The position numbers were made by a program, and so were the translations under genes. Positions 42,613 to 55,575 of a DNA stretch of 64,000 bases are shown here, piece by piece. The notes under the pieces are model-generated. The model saw nothing but the letters and a program-made list of their open reading frames with translations. It did no database searches and was not told where the DNA came from. Every line of letters starts with the position of its first letter. Position 1 is the first letter of the stretch. Origin of the DNA: an uncultured Acidobacteriota bacterium (GTDB taxonomy: Bacteria > Acidobacteriota > Blastocatellia > RBC074); the NCBI GenBank assembly GCA_963796275.1, contig CAWCKY010000004.1, forward strand, positions 1,088,001 to 1,152,000, written 5' to 3'.

Positions 42613-44316
42613 ATGGAGAACATCGAACGAGAGAGTTTAGAAGTTGACGTCTTATACGTCGGCGCCGGGCCCGCGTCACTCGCAGGCGCGCTGCGTTTGC
42701 GTCAACTGATCAATAAGCACAACCAAGTAGTTGCGAAATACGGCGGCAAGAAGCTGGAAGATATCACGATCGCGATCATCGAAAAGGGGCGTGAGATCGG
42801 ATCGCATATAATCTCCGGGGCTGTCATGGATATTCGCCCTCTGGCCGAGTTGTTGCCCAATTTCCGCCAACTCGGCGCTCCGCTCGATTCCGAGGTGACC
42901 GAGGAGGACGTCTCCTACCTGACCCGGCGGTTCAAGATCAAGTCGCCGATCATTCCGCCACCCCTCAAAAATAGCGGGAAGTATGTCGTTTCACTCAACA
43001 AGGTGATCCGCTGGCTCGGGCCGATCGTCGAAGAAGCCGATTGCATGCTGCTGCCGGAATTTCCGGGGGCTGATCTCCTCTTCGACGGCGACCGTGTGAT
43101 AGGGGTGCGCACCGGTGATAAGGGCATCGGCAAAAACGGCGAACAAAAAGAGACCTTTGCGCCGGGCGCGGACATCTTCGCCAAAGTCACCGTTCTGGGC
43201 GAGGGCTCGCGCGGTTCGCTGACCAAAAAGCTGGTCGCCCAGCTCAAACTTGATGATGACCGCAACCCCCAGGTCTATGCCGCAGGAGTGAAAGAGATAT
43301 GGGAGCTGCCCAGTGGACGTATCAGGCCCGGTTTCGTCATGCACACGCTCGGCTATCCACTCCCGAACGATACGTTCGGCGGGGGGTTCGTTTATGGAAT
43401 GAAGAATGACCTGCTAGACATCGGCCTGGTCGTCGGCCTGGATTATCAGGACCCTTTCACCGACCCACACCAGCTGTTCCAGAAATTCAAGCAGCACCCG
43501 GCGATCGCGAAGATGCTCGATGGCGGAAAAATGCTGTACTACGGCGCAAAGACCATACCGGAAGGCGGATTGATGTCTCAGCCGAAATATTATGGTGACG
43601 GCTTCCTGATCATCGGCGATTCGGCGAGCTTCCTCAATTCGCAAAAACTCAAAGGCATTCACATGGCGATGAAATCCGGGATGTTGGCTGCCGAGGCGAT
43701 TTACGAAGCCCTGCTTGCCGATCGGTTCGACGAGCAGCAATTGAGCCGTTTCGAACATCTCATCAAAAACAGCTACATTTACCAAGAACTATACGAGGTC
43801 CGCAATTTTCACCAGGCATTCAGAAACGGACGCAGACGGGGGCTCATCGAGGCGGGGATACAATATTTCACGGGCGGTCTCGGAATGTTCGGAGATCTCA
43901 CGGCAGAAGCCGGACATGGAATCATGAAGAAACTTCATGTATTCAACCGCATGCCGAAATATCCCGGCGACGTACCGCAACTGGAACTGAACAAATCGGA
44001 CAATAAGCTGACATTCGATAAGGTGACGGACGTTTACCGGTCGGGCACGGAACACAACGAAGATCAACCTTCACATCTCAAAGTTCTCGATTTCAATATC
44101 TGTATCAATCGTTGCACAAACGAGTTTGGGAATCCGTGCCAGTATTTCTGTCCGGCTGCCGTCTATGAGATCGAATCGGCCAATGGTGGCCGGCGCCCGA
44201 AAATAAACTTCTCGAACTGCGTCCATTGCAAGACGTGCGATATCATGGATCCGTACCAGATTATAGATTGGGTGACGCCGGAAGGCGGCGGAGGACCTAA
44301 TTACATAAATCTTTAG
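42613..44316 (+). CDS. Electron transfer flavoprotein-quinone oxidoreductase
   Basis: VGAGPA, IEKGREIGSHIISGA, EGSRGSL, C-terminal CQYFCPAAVYE...NCVHCKTCDIMDP...PEGGGGP. Confidence 0.95.
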   Translation: MENIERESLEVDVLYVGAGPASLAGALRLRQLINKHNQVVAKYGGKKLEDITIAIIEKGREIGSHIISGAVMDIRPLAELLPNFRQLGAPLDSEVTEEDVSYLTRRFKIKSPIIPPPLKNSGKYVVSLNKVIRWLGPIVEEADCMLLPEFPGADLLFDGDRVIGVRTGDKGIGKNGEQKETFAPGADIFAKVTVLGEGSRGSLTKKLVAQLKLDDDRNPQVYAAGVKEIWELPSGRIRPGFVMHTLGYPLPNDTFGGGFVYGMKNDLLDIGLVVGLDYQDPFTDPHQLFQKFKQHPAIAKMLDGGKMLYYGAKTIPEGGLMSQPKYYGDGFLIIGDSASFLNSQKLKGIHMAMKSGMLAAEAIYEALLADRFDEQQLSRFEHLIKNSYIYQELYEVRNFHQAFRNGRRRGLIEAGIQYFTGGLGMFGDLTAEAGHGIMKKLHVFNRMPKYPGDVPQLELNKSDNKLTFDKVTDVYRSGTEHNEDQPSHLKVLDFNICINRCTNEFGNPCQYFCPAAVYEIESANGGRRPKINFSNCVHCKTCDIMDPYQIIDWVTPEGGGGPNYINL

Positions 44317-44449
44317 CAAAATGCATAGACCGTTGATGGAGATTTCACTTGTTTCTGTAGTTTGTGATTTTCACGTGAATATCCATTCCAGCGATGTGCG
44401 AATGATATAAATCATCTTAGGAATAGCATAAAAACAAAGGAGTTTTTCA

Positions 44450-44902
44450 ATGGCAACACCACAAGACGCCGACCTGATAATCAAGCTCTATGACCTGCGC
44501 CGAGACAAGACGATGCGCAAGGCTCGCAATTATATTTTCACGCAATTCTTTCCCAAGAATGCCGACGATGTGAAGGCGCTCTTCGCCGATCGCAATCATC
44601 CGGAATACAACGCATACTTCCGCCAGGTGACGAGCTACTGGGACATGGCTGCAGCGATGGTCAATCACGGCGCGATCGACCGCGATCTATTTTTCGATAC
44701 TAATGGGGAATTCTTCGCCGTCTGGGCAAAATTCAGTGATATCATCGTCGGTCTGCGAGAACTCATGGGCCCGTACTTTCTCCTCAACCTCGAAAAAATG
44801 TTGGAGACCCATCCTCATCGCGAACAGCGGACCCAAATGATGAAGGAGAGGTTCAAAAAAATGGCGATCGATTACGCTGAGAACCAAAACAAAAAGCCCT
44901 GA
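44450..44902 (+). CDS. Conserved hypothetical protein (DUF4760-like)
   Basis: AAGGAG RBS; DADLIIKLYDLRR, FRQVTSYWDMAAAMVNHG. Confidence 0.75.
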   Translation: MATPQDADLIIKLYDLRRDKTMRKARNYIFTQFFPKNADDVKALFADRNHPEYNAYFRQVTSYWDMAAAMVNHGAIDRDLFFDTNGEFFAVWAKFSDIIVGLRELMGPYFLLNLEKMLETHPHREQRTQMMKERFKKMAIDYAENQNKKP

Positions 44903-45121
44903 AGTCGATTGCCCGCCTCGTACCCCGAAACCGGATAACTAACATCTGTGATTCACCGACAAACATCCTGAAACCGGATAGAATAGCTTGTCCGGTTTCA
45001 GGTGACCGGTGCTCCAGCAGAAAGAATTGGCGTATTTTTATCTCCTGTTCACCTTGTGCCAATATTTATTACTTTGGTTTAGAATCTATGTTTCGATCGT
45101 AAATATATTTCGAGGTCTTGT

Positions 45122-47188
<2,067 letters not shown>

Positions 47189-47260
47189 TATTCCCTTTTT
47201 GCTCATGACGTCGCAAGCTGAGCGACCGATGTCAGGTCTCAGAACGCGAGTCGAGAGCGA

Positions 47261-47345
47261 AGCAAACAGGGCAAAAATTAGCAAAATAGACACAAAATTT
47301 TTCCCTCTTTTGCCATTTTTATGCCTTTTTTGCTTCCCTGTTTGA
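47261..47345. repeat. Inverted 9-mer-type array
   Basis: caaacagg gcaaaaatta gcaaaataga ... tcttttgcc attttatgcc ttttttgc ... cctgtttg. Confidence 0.7.
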
Positions 47346-47367
47346 ATTTCTTAGGAGTCACATCGAT

Positions 47368-49386
47368 ATGCTTCGTTTCTTCGCCAAATTTCAGCGCTCG
47401 CGCACTTTTATCTTGTACGCATTCGCAGGGCTACTTCTCGTCGGTCTCATCACATTCCTCATTCCCAGCGGTCAGCTCGATCCAACTGGCAGATTTGAAA
47501 CTTCGACGGGCGATGATGATACGACCATCGCCACGGTCGGATCGCAGGAAGTTACGCTGAAAGAGTTCCGCAATGGGCTGCTGCGAATGTCTCAACAATT
47601 CAGCCGCGGCGACTCATTCCCTCTCGCAACTCTGAAACAGTTCGGGATGGATAAGCAGGTGCTCGATCAATTGATCAACAGCCGGCTCATCCTGGATCAG
47701 GCAGAAGAACTCGACCTGACGGGCACGGACCGCGAGATATCTGACATAGTTATCGGCCAATTCAAGGATAAAAACGGAAACTTTATCGGAGTGGAAGAAT
47801 ATAAAAATCAGTTGCGCGGCCAGAATGTCGATGTCACTGAATTCGAGAAGGAGTTACGAGAAGGGTTAACCGCCGCCAAGTTCCGCAAATATCTGGATGC
47901 GGATGTACAGGTCTCAGACCGTGATATCGATGAGAAATTCAGAAAAGACAACACCAAGGTCGAAATCGCATACGCCACAGTCGACATCGATAATATACGC
48001 AAGAAATACACACCTTCGGAAGAAGAGCTGAAGTCACACTACGAAGCGAACAAGGGCGAGTTCAAAGCTACCGAGCCCGTGCGCAAGGTCGATTATCTCT
48101 TCATCTCATCTGACGACGTGGCGAAGGTCCTGCCGGTCACCGATGAGGAGCTGCGCAAGGAGTACGAGGCCGGGAAAGAGCAAGAGTATCGCGCCGGCAT
48201 CATTAAACTGAATATACTCGCGCCTCAGGACGAAACGACTGTCAAGAACAAGATCGACGAGCTTGCCGCCAAGGTGCGGGGCCCGCAGGGAGGAAAAGGC
48301 GAAGACTTCGCGACTGTAGCGCGCGGAAATTCACAAGACGCGTCCGCACCGAATGGAGGTGATATCGGATGGATCAGGAAAGACCAGAAAAAGACGACTG
48401 ACTGGCGACAGCGAATCTACACGAGCGGGCTAAAGCCAGGCGATATCGAGGGCCCATTCAAAGACGGCAAGAGTTGGTATTTGATGAAAGTCACGGAAGA
48501 GCGCGCCGTACCTTTCGAGCAGATGGTCGCTGTACTTAAAGCCAGACTGAGCAATAACAAGGCATATGCAGAATCCACGAAACTGGCGAAAAAAGCGCAG
48601 GAGAAGGCGAAAGAGTACAAAGACCTGCGAAAAGCAGCTGAAGAGATCGCCAAAGAGCTGAAAGTTCCGGCCGCGTCGATGGTCAAGTCGACCCCTTACT
48701 TCAAAAACGGGGATTCCTTCGAGCTAGGTAAGGGATCGGGCCGCGCCAGCACCCCCGCTTTTGAAACCGCAGTCAGCACGCTGAAGAAAGGCGACATCGG
48801 CGACAGTGTGAGCATTCCGGGCGGACAAGCTGTTCCGCAAGTGGTCGATCTCATCGAGAACGGGCAGGAGTTGACATTCGATCAGGCGCGTAATCAAGTT
48901 GAAGAAAAAGTCCGCGCCATCAAGGAGCCGGCCCTCGCTCAGGCGAAAGCACAAGAGATCGTCAACCGGTCCAGTAACGCCGACGAATTCCAGAGAGTCG
49001 CCAAGGCTGAGGGACTCGAGGTGAAGACCGATACCAACTTCAATACCTATAGTTTCCCGGGATCGGCTAGGGGCGGCAGCTCGCCTGCCTCGACCCAAGC
49101 CCAAACTGCTCTGAAGACCATCAAAGAGGGCGAGGTCTTCAAAACCCCGATCAAGTCAGGGATTTCTTATGTAATCTTCGCTGCCACCAAGCGAACGGAA
49201 CCCGATCTCACCAAGCTTCCGGCCCAACGCGACAGGATTCGTGAGGACATCGCCTCTCAGCGGCAGATGGAAGCCTTTGACGCTTTCATCAAATCGACAA
49301 GGAAACAGTATGAACAGCAGGGAAAGCTAAAGGTCTATCAAGACAAGATTGATAAATTCTTCGCCTCCCTCGCGCCGCAACAGTAG
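47368..49386 (+). CDS. PpiD-like membrane-anchored chaperone (SurA-N + parvulin)
   Basis: N-terminal TM, IATVGSQEVT, DFATVARGNSQD...NGGDIGW. Confidence 0.85.
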   Translation: MLRFFAKFQRSRTFILYAFAGLLLVGLITFLIPSGQLDPTGRFETSTGDDDTTIATVGSQEVTLKEFRNGLLRMSQQFSRGDSFPLATLKQFGMDKQVLDQLINSRLILDQAEELDLTGTDREISDIVIGQFKDKNGNFIGVEEYKNQLRGQNVDVTEFEKELREGLTAAKFRKYLDADVQVSDRDIDEKFRKDNTKVEIAYATVDIDNIRKKYTPSEEELKSHYEANKGEFKATEPVRKVDYLFISSDDVAKVLPVTDEELRKEYEAGKEQEYRAGIIKLNILAPQDETTVKNKIDELAAKVRGPQGGKGEDFATVARGNSQDASAPNGGDIGWIRKDQKKTTDWRQRIYTSGLKPGDIEGPFKDGKSWYLMKVTEERAVPFEQMVAVLKARLSNNKAYAESTKLAKKAQEKAKEYKDLRKAAEEIAKELKVPAASMVKSTPYFKNGDSFELGKGSGRASTPAFETAVSTLKKGDIGDSVSIPGGQAVPQVVDLIENGQELTFDQARNQVEEKVRAIKEPALAQAKAQEIVNRSSNADEFQRVAKAEGLEVKTDTNFNTYSFPGSARGGSSPASTQAQTALKTIKEGEVFKTPIKSGISYVIFAATKRTEPDLTKLPAQRDRIREDIASQRQMEAFDAFIKSTRKQYEQQGKLKVYQDKIDKFFASLAPQQ

Positions 49387-49420
49387 ATGGCGGATTTCGT
49401 TCGGGTCATCGCAAAAATAA

Positions 49421-49461
49421 AAAAAGACAGAAAACATAAATGAATGTTTTCTGTCTTTTAT
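49421..49461. terminator. Bidirectional intrinsic terminator
   Basis: aaaagacagaaaacat ... atgttttctgtctttt between convergent genes. Confidence 0.7.
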
Positions 49462-49496
49462 CTTTTGAGGGAATCTTTACAGGCGTCGACCTCTTT

Positions 49497-50555
49497 TTAC
49501 TTCTTCTCACCGTTTGCCGACTTCTTAGTCAACTGGTCCACCAACGAACGTGGCATATTCATAGAGAGTGAGACGTCGTTGATCTTCGAAATGATCTTCA
49601 CCTGATCGAGCAATTGACCGTAGACCTCCCATTTCGGATCGCCTCCGCTGAGGAATCCTCTGGCCAGACTGAGCAGCCCTTTTAAACCGCTTTCCAGCTC
49701 TGCCGCCTCCTTCTGCGAGGGTGTTCGCATGACCATATCAAGCGAAAGGCTCAGGTCATTTCCTACATCGAGCGTACCCATGATGACCTTGATTGCGGCT
49801 ACCGATGTAAATAGATCACCCTGATTGAGCGCTTCCTGTCGCAGGTGCTCCGGGAGGTTGAGAGCGAAGCGGGCCAGGGCGGAACTCCTCGTCTCATTCA
49901 AAGCGCCAGACATCTCCTTACTGATACCGCCCTTCGCCGAGCCGGAATGAATATCAATCACGCCTTTCAAAACGGTCAGATCGCCGAAGACAAGTTTCTG
50001 TTGACCGAGCGCCGCTACTGCCATCTCATCAGTCTTGAGCGATAGCGGCCCCGCCGATGGAGAATTTCCACGCCGTACCAGATTAAATATTTGCTTGCCC
50101 TTGTATTCGCTCGCCTTGAATTCAGCGTTATAGGCCTTCATGGCAGCCTCGAGCTTCTTATCGTCCAGATCGAGACCGTGAATTATCATCGCGCCCGTCG
50201 CCTGAGACCCGGGTATCCTGAGCCCCAGCACGGCACTCCGAGCCTTGGCCAGATCGATCCCAGTCCTCAGTATGAAAGCCTGCATCTCCTGCGCCCATTT
50301 GCCTGCCCCGCCCATCCCCATATCGTTCAGCCGCGGTATGAGGTCGTTGACTGCTCGACCGACGTCAATAACGGCGATTAGATCCGATGACGGCAAAAGG
50401 CCGATTAATTCATCTATGGACGCCGCATCCGCTGGTGACGACGCCTTCGAAGGCGGTGTTGCCACCGCAGTCGTTCGTTTCTGCTCGACTGTTTGAGCAT
50501 TCAGTCCGCCCGTTAGCAGGCAAAGAATCAATGCAATCCCCAGATAAATTCGCAT
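49497..50555 (-). CDS. Secreted hypothetical protein
   Basis: GAGGGAG RBS; signal peptide MRIYLGIALILCLLTGGLNA. Confidence 0.8.
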   Translation of the reverse strand: MRIYLGIALILCLLTGGLNAQTVEQKRTTAVATPPSKASSPADAASIDELIGLLPSSDLIAVIDVGRAVNDLIPRLNDMGMGGAGKWAQEMQAFILRTGIDLAKARSAVLGLRIPGSQATGAMIIHGLDLDDKKLEAAMKAYNAEFKASEYKGKQIFNLVRRGNSPSAGPLSLKTDEMAVAALGQQKLVFGDLTVLKGVIDIHSGSAKGGISKEMSGALNETRSSALARFALNLPEHLRQEALNQGDLFTSVAAIKVIMGTLDVGNDLSLSLDMVMRTPSQKEAAELESGLKGLLSLARGFLSGGDPKWEVYGQLLDQVKIISKINDVSLSMNMPRSLVDQLTKKSANGEKK

Positions 50556-50702
50556 AATGTCTCCCTCTATAATTATTGATCTTCGATAGATTCGTTATCT
50601 ATAACCCATTCGCCCCTGTTGACAGCCTCCAGCCTTAGCAGTAGCTTTCTGACAGATGCAGGACAATTATAACAGACAAAAAATACAAAATAGCCGATTA
50701 AG

Positions 50703-51302
50703 ATGACGGGGCAAATGGGGCAAACGGGTCAAATGGGTCAAATAGGTCAAACTGGTCAGACCGATCAAGTGAGCGGATCGCCGAAAAAAGAGCACATTTG
50801 GCTCGTCGCACTATATGAGCAGGAAGCGCGAGCCGACGAGTTGCTCGATCGTTTGAATGCGATCGGGGTGGACACCAGTGAAGCAACCACCGTCCGCGTC
50901 GAGATAGATGACCATATCCGCGCCGCTCAATATTCCACCTTCCCGAATGGCTCTGCTTTGTCGCCCATGGCACGCAGCGCAGTGACCGGAGCTCTTTTTG
51001 GTGGAGCCTCATTTTTGGTCACCGGCATCGGCGCTTATTCGTCCGGTCTGGTTGCTTTCGAAGCCGTCGAAGGACTGTTCAACCACGCGTTCCTTTCGTT
51101 CGTCGCCGGCGCGCTGATCGGAGCGGCGATCGGCATGATCATCGGATCGGCGCATGATCGGAAGATCGCCCGATCTTATTTTTCAGACATGGATCAGCTG
51201 AAGAGCGAAGGATTTCTCGTCGCCGTCAAGATGCCGCCCGCTCTGGCCGAACGTGCCGAAGAAATCGCTCGTGGGTTAGGTGCAAAAGAAATTCTTTTAT
51301 AA
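50703..51302 (+). CDS. Hypothetical membrane protein with N-terminal GQx repeats
   Basis: Gly-rich TM hairpin; GFLVAVK...AERAEEIARGLGA; start uncertain. Confidence 0.75.
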   Translation: MTGQMGQTGQMGQIGQTGQTDQVSGSPKKEHIWLVALYEQEARADELLDRLNAIGVDTSEATTVRVEIDDHIRAAQYSTFPNGSALSPMARSAVTGALFGGASFLVTGIGAYSSGLVAFEAVEGLFNHAFLSFVAGALIGAAIGMIIGSAHDRKIARSYFSDMDQLKSEGFLVAVKMPPALAERAEEIARGLGAKEILL

Positions 51303-51368
51303 GAAAGGGAAATCAGCGCGGGCGGCACAGCGTGCCGTGGTTTCAATTATCCTCGCAATCCTGAGGAA

Positions 51369-52631
51369 TCAATGCTCCGTTGACAGCTCGAGTGTGGCCA
51401 CAGCGCGCTTGCTCATATATGCTCTGATTCCATAAAACATCAATAGGCCGATGAGCAGGTAGATGATCGAGTTCGCGCTGAGAGATGCGCCCATTCCATA
51501 AGAACCTGCGGCATATGCGATAGCCGTCGGTGCGATGGCTGCACCCAACCAGCCTATGGAATTCATCAATCCGACCGCCGTCGCACGCCGTTCCGGTTTC
51601 ACCACGTCATAGAGCGAAGCCCAGATGTTCGCATCATATATCCCCTTGAAGAAGCCGAACCCGATCATCCCCCCAATCAATACCGGAATTGAGAGCGTCC
51701 ATCCGGTCAGAAAGATAAATACCGCTCCGCCGAACAAGCCGAGGCACTGTGCCATCATACGGCCGCCCGCACGTCGTCTAGCCAGCCGATCGGCCAGCAC
51801 GCCGCCTACTAAGACGCCGATCATAGAAGCGATCTGCGGATAAGCGGTCGCGCTCAACCCGGCCAGCGCGAGGCTCATATTGAACTTGTCATAAAGGAAC
51901 TTGGGCATCCACGTGAGGAAGACCGAAGCCACGAAATTCGCTCCGACAAAGACCGCGATCAGGATTCTCACCATCGGGGTGCGAAAGATCTCCCGGATGT
52001 CTTCCCAGAGATTCGGCCGCCTGAGATCGATCACGGCATGCGGTTCTAACGAGTCTGATTTCGTGCGCGGCGGCTCCTTGAGCGTCAAGAGCAGAACGGC
52101 TCCCAGAACGATGCCTAGCATTCCGAAAAGATAGAAGCCGGATCGCCATCCGTAGTACTGCCCCATATAACCCGCCACCGCTCCGCCCGCGATCGTTCCC
52201 GCATAAACGCTTGATTGATGAATGCCCATCGCCCGGGACTTCGTCTCGGGGCCATGGTAATCGCTGATGAGCGCCATCGAAGCGGGGAAATAGAATGCCT
52301 CGCCGAATCCTTCGAGCCCGCGGAAGAGGACCAGATGCCAGTATGTCGTCGACAACGACGTCGCCACGGTGATCAAAGACCAGAAAACGAGGCCGGAGAT
52401 AATGAGGAATTTACGGTTGAGCTTATCGCCGATGATCCCCGCGACCGGTCCCACCAACGCGTAGACGTACATAAACGACGAGCCGACGAAGCTGAGCTGC
52501 ACATTACTCAACCCCATCTCCTGCTGGAGCAGGGGGAAAACCGAAAAGATCGCTTGCCGGTCAGCGTAGTTGAAGAAACAGACGAACCAGAGTAGACCTA
52601 CCACTATCCATTTGTAGTTGTTGGTGAACAT
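51369..52631 (-). CDS. MFS transporter
   Basis: FFNYADRQAIFSVFP, GIIGDKLNRK, FRGLEGFGEAFYFPA. Confidence 0.93.
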   Translation of the reverse strand: MFTNNYKWIVVGLLWFVCFFNYADRQAIFSVFPLLQQEMGLSNVQLSFVGSSFMYVYALVGPVAGIIGDKLNRKFLIISGLVFWSLITVATSLSTTYWHLVLFRGLEGFGEAFYFPASMALISDYHGPETKSRAMGIHQSSVYAGTIAGGAVAGYMGQYYGWRSGFYLFGMLGIVLGAVLLLTLKEPPRTKSDSLEPHAVIDLRRPNLWEDIREIFRTPMVRILIAVFVGANFVASVFLTWMPKFLYDKFNMSLALAGLSATAYPQIASMIGVLVGGVLADRLARRRAGGRMMAQCLGLFGGAVFIFLTGWTLSIPVLIGGMIGFGFFKGIYDANIWASLYDVVKPERRATAVGLMNSIGWLGAAIAPTAIAYAAGSYGMGASLSANSIIYLLIGLLMFYGIRAYMSKRAVATLELSTEH

Positions 52632-52653
52632 TGGATCGGGAAACTGGGACCGC

Positions 52654-52701
52654 AAAATTTAAAATTTTAGATTTTAGATTTTAGATTTTAGATTTTAGAT
52701 T
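52654..52701. repeat. (TTTTAGA)n single-arm array
   Basis: About 5 units immediately after the M14 peptidase stop codon. Confidence 0.9.
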
Positions 52702-52702
52702 C

Positions 52703-55237
52703 TTACTGCTGTTCCGGCTTACTCGTCAATAGCGCATTAAACATCAAGGGAAAAGTCGCCAGCGTCTGTCCACGGTATTGAGGTCTGAACCCGAACAGTA
52801 TGACACGCCCCTTCCCCAGCTTGGCGTCGACCATCGCCCCCTTCCCGCGAATCAGCTTATCGCCCAATATCCAACCGCTCAGCAACGGATTAGCCGCACC
52901 CGGATACCGCGCGATGACTCTCGCCTTCGCCGGGTCCGTGACTTCAAACGCCGGCCCACTCTCGAACCACGCGATTGCGTCTTTCTCCAAACCGAAAGTC
53001 AATGCGCTGGTGGAATCGAGCTGCGTACGGAGAATCGAGCCCGGGCAATAAAAATCTTTCACGGATACGCCCTTGAGCACATTGCGCACGGGCAGGGCGA
53101 ATTTTTCGATAGCGAAGTTCGATGCGTTGTTGAAGGTGATCAAGGTGCCCCCGCCTTCGACAAATCCTCGCAAAGCCTTGATTCCAGCTTCGCCCAATCC
53201 GCCGGCGTATTCAGCCGGATACCCCCCACCACTTTCGTCGTCTGGAGAGACCCCATCCAATTTCCCCGGCAGGCCATTGACCAGATCCTCCACCGTTTGA
53301 TCGGGGATGATGATCACGTCGTACTTAGCATTGAGGTTCCCCGAGCGCACCTCGGCATCTAACAGAGAAGTATAAGGAAACCGGTATTGATCGAATATCC
53401 AGCGCGTCCATCCTTCATCCATGGAGGGGCGGTGATTTTTATAGATCGCAGCACGGACCCCGGCGTTTGTCCGAACGCGGGATTGAAGGATGAGCCCGAT
53501 CACTTCGAGTTGAAGATCGGCATCGAACTTCTCTTTGATACTAACCGTGTTGACATTCATCATTTGCGATAAATCGTGTGCGGTCACGTCATATGGACGC
53601 TTGGGCGGGCCGCCGGGATATTCACGCAGATCGGGGTAGATCTGTGGTTCGAGCAGCGCCCGGGCGAATGCGGAATATGGCTGATTCATCAATATGATAT
53701 GCGTGCCCGCCGGATAGGGTTTCCCGTCCGCGATGAAATCTTTATTTGCGCGCGTGATCTCGACTCCACCGCGCTTGAGGATCGAGAGCAAACGATCGAT
53801 GCCTTCGGTCTTGTAATAATAAATGACCTCCTCAGAAGTCGACGGCTCGTTGCTGATCGACCCTAAGAGAGCCTCGCTCTTGTCGTGTTGCTCCTGAGGC
53901 GTTCCGCTGACATTTTTCAAACCGCTGTTGAGCCGCTTAAAAGCATCGCTGAGCGTTTTCGGCACCTCGGGTTCGAGCAGGAGAATGGCGTGAGGCATCC
54001 CATTCGCGGCAACCGCTCTTCTGCTGAGCTGATAAAAATTGCGCAGATAGAGCTCGCGATGCCGGGCGGCGTGATTCAACAACGCCAGCGCCCCGGCGCT
54101 CTGATAATCGACGATGTCACGGAGCGTCCATTTGCCACCAGGCCAGGGTTTGGGAAAATTCCACGACGCTGTCTTCGCATTGTAATTCGGTCCCGCGCCC
54201 AATTGATTGAACTTCACTTCGACAGGTGTCGCCAGCTTCGCGCTGGCCGTCTCGGATAATATCCGCAACCCCCCGTGATAATGCGCGTATGCGCGCGCCG
54301 GCGTCCATGCGTCGAAGATGCCATTGATGACAACTCCGCTCTTGCCCTGCCCGATCATTTCCCACGCCACCGAGGTGCCCAGAGCGGTGACTCCCGCGAT
54401 GATAGCCGGATCAATATTGGGCTCCCAAGGATCGATATAGGGCGGTATGAAATACCGCGCGCCTCCGCTGCGCATCTGATGAATGTCGTGGAGTATCTGC
54501 GGATGCCAGGCATTGAGGATATTGTCTACCGTGAGCTGCGTTTCCAATTGGGTGAACGCGTACCAATCGCGGTTGTTGTCATGCCCCGTGTAGTGATGAT
54601 AAAGCTCCGGCGGCGGCATCCCCTCGGCGCGCGTGCCGAGCGTTTTCTGATACCAATTGGCTACGATATCGGTTCCATCGGGATTGAGCGAAGGCACGAG
54701 AAACAGGACAACATTGTCCAGAATCTGTTTGACATCGGGCGTGTTCTCCGAAGCCAGGCGATAAGCCAGCTCAGTCGCGGTGAAGGTCCCGCCTACTTCA
54801 GTCGAATGAATGCTGCAGGTGATGACGACGATGCTCTTCCCCGCCCGAATCAGCTCGTTGATGTATGTTTCATCCGTTGAAACCAGGAGCCGCGGATCGG
54901 CGAGTTTTCTCTGAATATCTTTGAATTCATCGAGGCGCTTCAGATTTTCCGCGGACGAGATTGTCGCAACCATGAATGGCCGCTTGAGAGTCGTCTTACC
55001 CAGTTCGTTAACTTTGATGCGGTCGCTCGATTCCGCGAGTTTGCGAAAGTAAGCCAGAAATTTATCCCACGTGGCGAGTTTACGCTCCTCGCCGATCTTA
55101 AAGCCCAAGACCGTCTCGGGCGCGGGAATGACATTCGATCCGTTTGGCGTCTGCGCATCCGCGCGAAATCGGCCGGGTATGATGAGGCAAATTAATGCGG
55201 TAGTGAGGGTTAAGAGGCGATACGTTTTTGTTGTCAT
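52703..55237 (-). CDS. M14 zinc carboxypeptidase family protein with C-terminal glutamine-amidotransferase-like domain
   Basis: CSIHSTE (HxxE), NPDG, HDNNRD, HDIHQM; signal peptide. Confidence 0.9.
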   Translation of the reverse strand: MTTKTYRLLTLTTALICLIIPGRFRADAQTPNGSNVIPAPETVLGFKIGEERKLATWDKFLAYFRKLAESSDRIKVNELGKTTLKRPFMVATISSAENLKRLDEFKDIQRKLADPRLLVSTDETYINELIRAGKSIVVITCSIHSTEVGGTFTATELAYRLASENTPDVKQILDNVVLFLVPSLNPDGTDIVANWYQKTLGTRAEGMPPPELYHHYTGHDNNRDWYAFTQLETQLTVDNILNAWHPQILHDIHQMRSGGARYFIPPYIDPWEPNIDPAIIAGVTALGTSVAWEMIGQGKSGVVINGIFDAWTPARAYAHYHGGLRILSETASAKLATPVEVKFNQLGAGPNYNAKTASWNFPKPWPGGKWTLRDIVDYQSAGALALLNHAARHRELYLRNFYQLSRRAVAANGMPHAILLLEPEVPKTLSDAFKRLNSGLKNVSGTPQEQHDKSEALLGSISNEPSTSEEVIYYYKTEGIDRLLSILKRGGVEITRANKDFIADGKPYPAGTHIILMNQPYSAFARALLEPQIYPDLREYPGGPPKRPYDVTAHDLSQMMNVNTVSIKEKFDADLQLEVIGLILQSRVRTNAGVRAAIYKNHRPSMDEGWTRWIFDQYRFPYTSLLDAEVRSGNLNAKYDVIIIPDQTVEDLVNGLPGKLDGVSPDDESGGGYPAEYAGGLGEAGIKALRGFVEGGGTLITFNNASNFAIEKFALPVRNVLKGVSVKDFYCPGSILRTQLDSTSALTFGLEKDAIAWFESGPAFEVTDPAKARVIARYPGAANPLLSGWILGDKLIRGKGAMVDAKLGKGRVILFGFRPQYRGQTLATFPLMFNALLTSKPEQQ

Positions 55238-55575
55238 CACGATCAACTCCAAAATATTTAGGCGTAGCCTGCAATATCACTTGATTTCAATCTGTAGTAC
55301 CGGTAATTTAACACTGCATTCGAGATAAGTAACCCCGCATTCAACCTGGACACAGGTTTCTCCAAAAATTATTTATTTTCTATTTTCAGACAGGTGTATT
55401 GTATGACTGGCCACAGCGGCACTGGGAGAGTGAAAGACAAGGAGACAAATAGGCGTAAGGACGAAGGAATATCCCGTTCAAGAGCCGGGTTATCTCCGTG
55501 CCTCCCGATTTTTCTGGGCATCTAGGGCCGATCCTCCAGTATCGACCCAACTGCAATCGACCAAACAAAATAGTC